From NCBI GenBank assembly GCA_016196885.1, contig JACPWU010000004.1, positions 1 to 32,000 on the forward strand: 32,000 bases of DNA. The letters run 5' to 3'. The first letter of the stretch is position 1. Each line of letters begins with the position of its first letter. The translations under genes and the position numbers were made by a program. The notes under the pieces were generated by a model that saw only the letters and a list, made by a program, of their open reading frames with translations, was not told where the DNA came from and ran no database searches. This document shows, piece after piece, positions 6,823-14,484 of this stretch. The stretch comes from Chlamydiota bacterium. GTDB taxonomy: Bacteria > Auribacterota > JACPWU01.

Positions 6823-8637
6823 ATGAACTCTTATCGTCCTGAAGAAAAACTTCTGATTGCTTGTACGCGCTTAGCCCGCATTTCTCATCACATTTCTGCT
6901 GCAAGCGCCGATTCCGCCTCGTCTCTCCGTGCAGACTTGGTCGGCCACGCTCAACATACTGTAAAGTATGCCTCGCATGGCCTCGGTCGTCTTCCTCGCA
7001 TCCAAGGCGGACTCAGGCGTTCCTCGCCGACGAAATTTGATGAGAAATGCGGGCTAGGCATCTTCCCGGGTCGGACCCAAGAGATCCAGACATTGCTTCA
7101 TGGTCAAATAAATTGGAATTATTTTCTCCAAATCATATTTCGACATCGACTTTCGAGCCTTGTTTATAGCGTTCTTAAAAAGTTTTTCGTTCAGGATGTG
7201 CCCGCGCCCTTTCTTGCGGAACTCTACGAGTCTTTTCAAATAGAATCCCGCAATACCCTTTTGAAGGTTCGAGAGCTCATCCCTCTCTTAAATTTATTTG
7301 AGGGACGAGGGATCCCGGCCATTCCTTACAAAGGGCCTATTTTGGCCATGGCACTTTATGGGGATATTTCACTGCGTGAATATCTGGATTTGGATATTTT
7401 AATTCGTCGAGAGGATGTCATGAAGGCCAGAGGCATTTTGACGTCTCAAGGTTACGAGCCCCGTTTTTCTCTCTCGGTCTGGCAACAGGCGTTCTTGCTT
7501 GAATATGATTGTGAGCAGTCTTTTTCAAAAGAAGGCGTTCGTGTGGATCTTCATTGGGGAACAGATCTTAAGCACCTTTCCTTCTCTCGTTTTAGCGACC
7601 AGAACTTGTGGGAGAATCTGGATGAGATAAATTTTGGAGGAAGAACCCTTCGTACTTTTTCGCCCGAAAATTTGCTTCTCATCCTTTGTTTTCATGGAGC
7701 CAAGCATGGATGGAGTTGCTTGAATTGGATTTGCGACATGGCGTGCCTCATTTGTAAACATTCTCAGATAGATTGGCAAGGGGCGTTCAGGAAGGCCAGA
7801 GAGTTGAACGGGGAGAGAATGCTTTTACTCGGGCTTTGCCTGGCTCGAGATCTCTATACAGTGGAATTACCAGATGAATTGATTCAGAGAATCGATCAAG
7901 ATCTACAGGTGTTGTCCCTGGCCAGAAGAATCAAGAAAAGGCTTTTCCAAAAACGCGATGCCTGGACAAGATTTTGGAATGATGTGATTTATCTCCGGGC
8001 CATGGAGGGACTGGGCAATCGGTTTCATCATGGTTTGAGGTATGTGATGCCCACCCCCGCCGAATGGCTCGCCATCCCACTTCCACAAATTCTTTATCCG
8101 CTTTATTATTTCTTGAGGCCCATGCGCCTTCTGGTAAAATATGTTTGTCGTTTGTTTCGAAAATCTCCAAAGTTAGATTTGTCCCTGTTTGTGCCAGCAC
8201 CTCTTTGGGTGGTGGAGAAGATGTTGGAGCTTGCCCAGGTGAAGAGCGATGATGTTGTCTATGATTTGGGCTGCGGGGATGGCCGGATGGTTGTTATGGC
8301 GGCTCAACGGTGGGGGGCTCGGGGGATAGGTGTAGATGTTGATCCTCAGCGTATCAGAGAAGCAAAGGATTACGCCCAGCGAGAAGGGGTAGAACATCTT
8401 GTCAAATTTTTGAGGCAAGATGCAAAGAAAACGCAAGTGTCTACTGCCACTCTTTTGATGCTGAACTTGCCCTCCACCGCTTATCCTAAGCTTAAGCCAT
8501 TGTTGGAACGGCTTAGATCGGGGACCCGGATTGTGACGCGCATCTTTTATCTGGATCATTTGACTCCTCTCAAACAAGAGGTATTTAAAGATGATGAAAA
8601 ATTCACCCACGTCCTTTATCTTTATGAAGTACCTTAG
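6823..8637 (+). CDS. Nucleotidyltransferase (PF14907-like) fused to a class I SAM-dependent methyltransferase; carries an in-frame 185-bp repeat element
   Basis: 604 aa. The N-terminus EEKLLIACTR...INWNYFLQIIFRHRL and YLDLDILIRRED are typical of lasso-associated nucleotidyltransferases. The C-terminus has VVYDLGCGDGRM and GIGVDVD methyltransferase motifs. Confidence 0.75.
   Translation: MNSYRPEEKLLIACTRLARISHHISAASADSASSLRADLVGHAQHTVKYASHGLGRLPRIQGGLRRSSPTKFDEKCGLGIFPGRTQEIQTLLHGQINWNYFLQIIFRHRLSSLVYSVLKKFFVQDVPAPFLAELYESFQIESRNTLLKVRELIPLLNLFEGRGIPAIPYKGPILAMALYGDISLREYLDLDILIRREDVMKARGILTSQGYEPRFSLSVWQQAFLLEYDCEQSFSKEGVRVDLHWGTDLKHLSFSRFSDQNLWENLDEINFGGRTLRTFSPENLLLILCFHGAKHGWSCLNWICDMACLICKHSQIDWQGAFRKARELNGERMLLLGLCLARDLYTVELPDELIQRIDQDLQVLSLARRIKKRLFQKRDAWTRFWNDVIYLRAMEGLGNRFHHGLRYVMPTPAEWLAIPLPQILYPLYYFLRPMRLLVKYVCRLFRKSPKLDLSLFVPAPLWVVEKMLELAQVKSDDVVYDLGCGDGRMVVMAAQRWGARGIGVDVDPQRIREAKDYAQREGVEHLVKFLRQDAKKTQVSTATLLMLNLPSTAYPKLKPLLERLRSGTRIVTRIFYLDHLTPLKQEVFKDDEKFTHVLYLYEVP
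6872..7056 (+). mobile_element. MITE-like (miniature inverted-repeat transposable element) 185-bp element, copy 1
   Basis: Perfect 19-bp TIRs tagcccgcatttctcatca / tgatgagaaatgcgggcta, with a central hairpin catact-gtaa-agtatg. A near-identical second copy lies at 14485-14669. TA occurs at both ends. Confidence 0.7.
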
Positions 8638-8694
8638 AAAAGGTGTAACGCAATAAAAACCTATCAAGCCTTCGGATTAAAATTTAGCACTGAT

Positions 8695-9510
8695 TTGGAA
8701 ATTCCAGAATTTTCCCTGGCCTCATTTCTTCCGGAATCAGCGGATGCAGAGATCTTCTGTGGCAAGGTCCCTGATTTGAAGCCTCATTCTAAACAACTCG
8801 TTCTCGATATTAAGGAGGTCGCTCGTTTTTTAATCACGGAGGGCAGAAAAATTATTTATGAGCCTTGTAGAAATTCTGATCAAGACACCCTTCGTTTGTT
8901 TTTACTCGGCTCTTGCATGGGGGCTCTCATGCAGCAGCGAGGTCATGTCGTGCTTCATGGGAATGCGATTTCTAGGGATGGGAAAACGTGTCAAGTGTTT
9001 GTGGGAGATCGAGGGGCAGGGAAATCAACCCTGGCGGCTTGGTACTACCAACAAGGTGCTTATGTCCTGGCCGATGACGTGTGTGCGATTGGTTTTGATC
9101 GAAATGGAAAGCCTTATGTGATTCCAAGTTTTCCACAGATAAAGTTATGGCAGAAAGGGGCAGAGCTTCTTGAAATCAACACTTCTTATCTTCGTCGCGT
9201 ACGCCCTGGGGATGATAAATTCGGACTTCCCATTCACTCTCAATATTGTGACCATCCCTTGCCCTTGACAGAAGTGATAGAAATTAAGAGCCGATCCTTC
9301 ACGCGTATCCCCCTCACTGGCACAGAAAAAATTAAAATATTGATCCAGCATAGCTATCGCTACCATTTTCTGCGTGCGATGGTATTGGAATACACTTATT
9401 CAAGAAGTTTAGCTCGTTTAGCACAGCAAGTGGATTTTGCAAAAATGGGCAGGGTCAACTTGGATTTTCTTAGCATTCCGGCGAAGAGGCCTTACGATGC
9501 AAAGTCTTAA
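8695..9510 (+). CDS. HPr-kinase-like serine kinase (lasso peptide kinase candidate)
   Basis: 271 aa from the first canonical start (TTG) with P-loop GDRGAGKST. Kinase-like N-terminal sequence continues upstream to 8653, so the start is uncertain. Confidence 0.75.
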   Translation: MEIPEFSLASFLPESADAEIFCGKVPDLKPHSKQLVLDIKEVARFLITEGRKIIYEPCRNSDQDTLRLFLLGSCMGALMQQRGHVVLHGNAISRDGKTCQVFVGDRGAGKSTLAAWYYQQGAYVLADDVCAIGFDRNGKPYVIPSFPQIKLWQKGAELLEINTSYLRRVRPGDDKFGLPIHSQYCDHPLPLTEVIEIKSRSFTRIPLTGTEKIKILIQHSYRYHFLRAMVLEYTYSRSLARLAQQVDFAKMGRVNLDFLSIPAKRPYDAKS

Positions 9511-10108
9511 TTTTTTTAGACACTGCGGTCTCTTTATTCAGGAGAATTTTTTGGATGTGCAAACCTGTGCTAAAATACAAGATGAAATGAGATCTGCTGT
9601 TGGGAAAGACGGACAGATCTACTCTCAAAGAGAACAAACTTTTGTCGTGGATCATGAGATCAGAAAAGTGAAATCATTTCAGGTTTCACAAGCGACAGAA
9701 GGGTATGTCAAAGATCGCCTTCTTAAAATTCGGCCAACCCTGGAGAATTATTTTCAGGTTCAACTGACGGGGCATCGCAGACCTGTATTTCTTTTTTACG
9801 AGAAGGGGGACTTTTATAGAGCGCATTCTGATGTGGGTGGTTTGGATTCAAAGGTTCCGCATATGGCCTCTCGCAAAATCTCCATAGTGATATTTCTGAA
9901 TGCCGAGTCGTCTCTCCCAAGTTCTGAAACCTATTGCGGGGGTGCATTGACCTTTTTTGGAATTCTGAATAATTCCAAGTGGAAGCCGTATGGATTTCCA
10001 CTCAAAGGAGAGAAAGGATTGTTGGTTGCTTTTAGGTCAGAGGAAATACACGAGGTTTTGCCTGTCACGTCAGGAGTGCGCTCGACCCTTGCGGTGTGGT
10101 TTAATTGA
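9497..10108 (+). CDS. 2OG-Fe(II) oxygenase, prolyl-4-hydroxylase-like
   Basis: ATG at 9497 with SD aagagg at 9484-9489. Shows HxD (AHSDV), a distal His (EIHEV) and Arg (RSTLAVW). Overlaps the kinase 3' end by 14 nt. Confidence 0.8.
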   Translation: MQSLNFFRHCGLFIQENFLDVQTCAKIQDEMRSAVGKDGQIYSQREQTFVVDHEIRKVKSFQVSQATEGYVKDRLLKIRPTLENYFQVQLTGHRRPVFLFYEKGDFYRAHSDVGGLDSKVPHMASRKISIVIFLNAESSLPSSETYCGGALTFFGILNNSKWKPYGFPLKGEKGLLVAFRSEEIHEVLPVTSGVRSTLAVWFN

Positions 10109-10124
10109 GAATTGGTTTTTACCA

Positions 10125-10310
10125 TCAAGAATTTGCATCGTTTGGGTAAACACCCCCGTCCACTGGGAGGCTCATCGTTCCACTCCCTGTGGAGTGGAGT
10201 TCAATTTTTTCAAGCGTAGGGGGCACCCATGGCTTTTTTTGAAGCACAGTCCCGATAGAGGTGTCTTTTCCTCCGTCCAGTTTCTGAGAGGGGAGGTGAG
10301 AGCTTTTCAT
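10125..10310 (-). CDS. Lasso peptide precursor candidate (61 aa)
   Basis: Internal ATG of the 81-aa track ORF with an aaggaa SD-like motif upstream. The leader ends KKPWVPPTLEKIELHSTG, and the proposed core is SGTMSLPVDGGVYPNDANS. Lies 19 nt downstream of B2. Confidence 0.65.
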   Translation of the reverse strand: MKSSHLPSQKLDGGKDTSIGTVLQKKPWVPPTLEKIELHSTGSGTMSLPVDGGVYPNDANS

Positions 10311-10329
10311 AGCATAGGTTCCTTTTCTT

Positions 10330-10794
10330 TTAAATTTTATTTTGATGGGAATACATTCCCACAATGACATAATTCAAATGCGGCTGAGCACCTACAACGG
10401 GAATGTTCTTATAGCATACCCAGGCATGGGCATCGTATTTTTTATGTGAGGAATCTGATTTTTTTAAACCAAGATACACAGTGCCAGATAACCTTCTTCG
10501 AGCCAGCATCCATTGGGCTGCCATGGCTTGATCCAGACATTTGCTATGCCAAGGCAGGTTACAACGCACGATATCAATACCCTTCTGAATAAGGCGAAAT
10601 GTATTCGGATCGGAGGTTGTGTCTTCTTTACGCAAGGGAGGATCTATCCTCTTAGAGCCAAGATATTTTAAAAGGATTCGGGAAGGAACAAATTGTATCA
10701 AGAGCTTGGCCAAAAAGAGATGGAAAAACGCTTCTCGACACAAGGAGCGTAACTCTGGGGACAACCGTCGATAAGTTTTAAATTTAGCTCGCAT
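10330..10794 (-). CDS. Lasso peptide leader peptidase B2 (transglutaminase-like Cys protease)
   Basis: 154 aa with SKCLDQAMAAQWMLARRR and YDAHAWV motifs (Cys/His of the catalytic triad). Overlaps the B1 gene by 11 nt. Confidence 0.85.
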   Translation of the reverse strand: MRAKFKTYRRLSPELRSLCREAFFHLFLAKLLIQFVPSRILLKYLGSKRIDPPLRKEDTTSDPNTFRLIQKGIDIVRCNLPWHSKCLDQAMAAQWMLARRRLSGTVYLGLKKSDSSHKKYDAHAWVCYKNIPVVGAQPHLNYVIVGMYSHQNKI

Positions 10795-11083
10795 GACGGG
10801 TGACCTTTAACAGATGATGTGCATTTAACATATTTAAAAAGGTTCCTGTCTCCTGCTTACACTGCTCAGGACCTATTGTATAGCACTGCGTCAATTGGCT
10901 GAGGAGATCTTGAAGGGATATGGGCTTTTCCAAAAGCTCCCAGATCTTCGTTCCTACAGGGTTCAAACCAAAATAACAACCTGAGGCTTCATCCAACATC
11001 ACGGTCTCATCATCAATTTTGGTCGTGAATAGATCGTCCCTGTGAACCAGTCTATCGCTCAGATCAAAGAGAGTGTTTCCCAT
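10784..11083 (-). CDS. PqqD-family RiPP recognition element (lasso B1)
   Basis: About 99 aa from ATG 11083 (SD aagagg), with a GTG alternative at 11107. Contains the YFGLNPVGTKIWELL PqqD-like core. Confidence 0.8.
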   Translation of the reverse strand: MGNTLFDLSDRLVHRDDLFTTKIDDETVMLDEASGCYFGLNPVGTKIWELLEKPISLQDLLSQLTQCYTIGPEQCKQETGTFLNMLNAHHLLKVTRHAS

Positions 11084-11272
11084 GATGGATTCGCCTCTTT
11101 CCTGCACTGTTTGGAATCAATGGATCAATAGGGTTGGTCACCTTTCACTTGATTCAGACCTCATTATGCCTCAACATGGGACTGTCGTCAATATTCATTT
11201 AGCATCCGCATGGGGGACTGGACAATGATGATGAAGGCCCGGTATATTTTGGTTCAATAAGAGAGGTCCAGG

Positions 11273-12607
11273 GTGAAGGTTCTTGAATTTCATGGCATAG
11301 ATCATTTAGAAACAGATTCCATCAGCAAGGCGAATCTTTTTCCGATCATTTCTCAACTAGATATTCTGAGACAAAAGGGGCATCGTTTAATCCACAAGGC
11401 GGGTTTCATCCTGGGTCAAGATTTTGTCTGTGTCAAGAGGGGATCTAAACTTGAGATAAAAAATATTTCAGGGTTGAAAGTCTGTCGTAAAGCCCATTTG
11501 CTAGAAGCCTTTCGCGCCTTCATAAAGGCCGATCGAGTGGAGCCTGGTTTTCAGGCAACCCCTGACGAGTTTCTTCTATATCTGGCTCAAAAATCCTGGC
11601 CTTTAAGGGCCTCTTTATCTCTTGTACAGGATGAGCTTTGTGGACTGTGGAAGATTGCGCTTTTGGAACGGAGCCGCATTCGAGACGCTTGTGAATATCA
11701 ATACACTTTACCGGAGTGGTTGAGGGATATGGTGATTCTTTTGCCGCCAGAACAGTTTGAAGGGAGATGGGATTCCCATCATCCGAATGTCCTTCGCAGT
11801 CGTTCTTCTATCCAGATAGGACGTTTAGGGATTCAAAAACAAAAGGTGATGGTGATGGAAACATGGATGGATTTAATTCACACCGTTGGAATTTCATCTT
11901 CCGTTTTATCTTTTCAAAATCAGGGGGATGCCCCTCCCCTTTTTCATTATCAAGGCCAGGAGGTCATGCGTCAGGCCATCTCACAATCCTTGGGTTCACC
12001 GTTAGCGGTACGTCGTTCAACAGCATCTCTCAATGTTGGTTATTGGCAAGCTCGAGAAGAGAAACCTCGTTCTTATTTTGACCCTGAGCTTAGAGAACAT
12101 TTGCGCAAAGAAGTGGATTCTCTCCTTCCGACTCAAGGCACTCTTCTTGATATAGCAAGTGGTTCTGCTCCAGTATGCTCAAGGGAAAATCGTGTAGTGA
12201 AAGGCGTTGGATTGGTTGAAAAATCTATGCGTGCCAATAAAATTTTATCTGAGTTCAAAGTTCATGACTTTAATCAAGATCCGAATATTCCTTATCGTGA
12301 AAGATTTGATGCGGCAGTGATCTCTTTTGCTGTGATGTACTTTACCTATCCTATTGAACTCTTGTGTTCTATTCGTCAGCATCTTAAAGGAGGTGGGAGG
12401 TTGGTGATGATTTTCTCAGAACTTTTTTTCGATGCCTCCGTGTCCGTTAATGCTTGGAATTTCCCTAGGGTTTACGGTTTTAGAAATCGCTGCGAGGTCA
12501 TCTTAAATTACTTCGAAAGGGCAGGAGGATTTGGGAAGGTTCATCAAAGGACGGTGAACGATCACTTTTTTATATTTTTTGCAGATGCTCAACCAGAAAT
12601 GATATAA
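11273..12607 (+). CDS. Protein with a C-terminal SAM-methyltransferase-like domain and an unassigned roughly 280-aa N-terminal region
   Basis: 444 aa with a GTG start after gagagg. Shows motif I-like LLDIASGSAP plus FDAAVISFAVMYF and GGRLVMIF. The N-terminal part matches nothing I recognise. Confidence 0.6.
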   Translation: MKVLEFHGIDHLETDSISKANLFPIISQLDILRQKGHRLIHKAGFILGQDFVCVKRGSKLEIKNISGLKVCRKAHLLEAFRAFIKADRVEPGFQATPDEFLLYLAQKSWPLRASLSLVQDELCGLWKIALLERSRIRDACEYQYTLPEWLRDMVILLPPEQFEGRWDSHHPNVLRSRSSIQIGRLGIQKQKVMVMETWMDLIHTVGISSSVLSFQNQGDAPPLFHYQGQEVMRQAISQSLGSPLAVRRSTASLNVGYWQAREEKPRSYFDPELREHLRKEVDSLLPTQGTLLDIASGSAPVCSRENRVVKGVGLVEKSMRANKILSEFKVHDFNQDPNIPYRERFDAAVISFAVMYFTYPIELLCSIRQHLKGGGRLVMIFSELFFDASVSVNAWNFPRVYGFRNRCEVILNYFERAGGFGKVHQRTVNDHFFIFFADAQPEMI

Positions 12608-14415
12608 CTGAGATAACCACACAGCCCTAGACAACGCATGTAATTCAAGCGATATTCTACAGCAATATCGTGGTTCTGTTTTTCAATAAAGGGTAAGGCC
12701 TTCCACCGACTCAGGATTTTAGAATAATCATAAAAATCCCAAACCACGGGTAAATCCTTCCATTGTTCAAGTTGCATCAGACGTTTTGAATGATGGGTGT
12801 TGTATTGTAAATACCAGTCTGCTGATTGCTCGCCCCGATAGGGATTGTGGCGGATGGCTTGAGGCACAATATCATCCAATCCTTCACGAACGAGTAATCG
12901 GCGCTCTAATTTGCCATAGCCTTTCCAATAAACCCATTTGGGAATGTTATAACAGAATTTTACAATTTCTAAATCACGCGTTGGGTCTAGCTCATGAATG
13001 CCATACCACAATGCCATCGGGGTCATGTAGCTTAACCGTGGCGTGCTTCCACGTCCTAAAAGCATCCATACATGTTCATTGAATCCAGCAGCGATTTCTT
13101 GACGCATGATCTGACGCGCCATCTTTGATTTTTTAAAAACAGGATGACATTGTTTTAAATAATCACCATATGCCGTGTAGGGCCTCAGCCAATTCTTCAA
13201 GGTCGAAAGGTTAGAACGAATGTTTCGCAAACCCTCGAAACCTCCCTTCCAAGATAGACTTGCATTTCCACCTCCCGCAGATAATAAGATGCGCCCTTCG
13301 TGGGTGAGGGTCTCATCGTATGAAGCCAGAATCCAATCAAAATGGGTCACGTTACGAACGGGCTGGTCAATGTAAGGATAGAATGTTTTTAAGAGTTCAA
13401 AAATATCTGTTTCCGGAGATGCTTGATAAGCCTTGTGTTGAATATTAGGATAAGCCTTAAGTACTTCCTTAACCAAATGCATTTCGTGATAATACCAGCC
13501 GGGATGGAAACTCGGGCCCTCCAGTCCGAGTGGAATTTCTGTAAAACCATGAAGGACTTGATTGCGTTGGGCAAGAATTTTAGCGGCCATCGATGCTACT
13601 GAACTGGAGTCGAGGCCTCCACTGATATGGGCATGAACAGGAAATGAAGTTCTTAAACAGTTGCTCACGGCCTCTTCAAACAATGAGGAAAAATCCCTGT
13701 AATAATCTTCTCTTCTCTGATGGCGAATTCTGGATCGATTGCGGGTCAATTCCCAGTAGGAGCCTAAATGTATTTGATGGTTCTTTAAGTAGAGGTCACT
13801 TGCAGGAGGAAGTTTCTCGACCTCTCGATAGCTGGTTTGAGTCAGAGGAGCCGAATCCAAAGCGAAATGTGCGAATAGATTTTCATTGATGGAGCAAGAA
13901 TCACATAAGATTCGAAAGGGACTGAAGTAATTGGCAAAGATCAAATAATGGTTTTTCTGATAAGCATAGAAACAAGGTTGATTCCCCAGCGGATCGGTCG
14001 CGATCCATAAAGATTGATGAGAGGGATCCCATATGGAAAATGAAAAATGACCTTGTAAATGATGAACGCAATCTTTATCCCATTTCTCGTAGGCAGCTAG
14101 AACGAAGGCGCAGTCAGACATGGTTTTTGATTCCGCTAAGGAAAGGCCCAGGGCTTCAAGAAGGGTATTGCGATTTGTTAAGTAGATATGGCCAACGATG
14201 AGGCAACTTGATTGACGAGACCTGTAAGGCATTAACCCTTGTGAGCATTCAGGGGTGACAAAACGTTGCGTACAAACCAGGCCCACATTTTTTTCTATGA
14301 AAACGGCTTTGTGATCTGGCTTCCATTTTGGGCTTCTAAAGGCAGTTTGAATCAGCTTGTCACGATCGATAGGCTTTTCATCTAATCGAATCATTCCACA
14401 AAATGCATTTATCAT
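12589..14415 (-). CDS. Lasso peptide cyclase C (asparagine synthetase B-like)
   Basis: 608 aa with a GATase-like N-terminal domain and PP-loop SGGLDSSSVA. Confidence 0.85.
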   Translation of the reverse strand: MINAFCGMIRLDEKPIDRDKLIQTAFRSPKWKPDHKAVFIEKNVGLVCTQRFVTPECSQGLMPYRSRQSSCLIVGHIYLTNRNTLLEALGLSLAESKTMSDCAFVLAAYEKWDKDCVHHLQGHFSFSIWDPSHQSLWIATDPLGNQPCFYAYQKNHYLIFANYFSPFRILCDSCSINENLFAHFALDSAPLTQTSYREVEKLPPASDLYLKNHQIHLGSYWELTRNRSRIRHQRREDYYRDFSSLFEEAVSNCLRTSFPVHAHISGGLDSSSVASMAAKILAQRNQVLHGFTEIPLGLEGPSFHPGWYYHEMHLVKEVLKAYPNIQHKAYQASPETDIFELLKTFYPYIDQPVRNVTHFDWILASYDETLTHEGRILLSAGGGNASLSWKGGFEGLRNIRSNLSTLKNWLRPYTAYGDYLKQCHPVFKKSKMARQIMRQEIAAGFNEHVWMLLGRGSTPRLSYMTPMALWYGIHELDPTRDLEIVKFCYNIPKWVYWKGYGKLERRLLVREGLDDIVPQAIRHNPYRGEQSADWYLQYNTHHSKRLMQLEQWKDLPVVWDFYDYSKILSRWKALPFIEKQNHDIAVEYRLNYMRCLGLCGYLSYIISG

Positions 14416-14484
14416 AAGAGATGCCGATGGAGAAAAAATGAAAGAAATTTACAGGATCGAAGTATAACATCACAGCCGTTCTCC

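Noticed and set aside
9437-9496. Upstream extension of the oxygenase ORF
   Set aside because: It lies wholly inside the kinase coding region. ATG 9497 has a well-spaced aagagg SD and the conserved domain starts after it.
10311-10370. Long form of the 81-aa ORF (MSLWECIPIKIKFKRKGTYA...)
   Set aside because: The extension overlaps the B2 3' end in another frame and has no SD. The internal ATG at 10310 has an SD-like motif and gives a sensible leader-core peptide.
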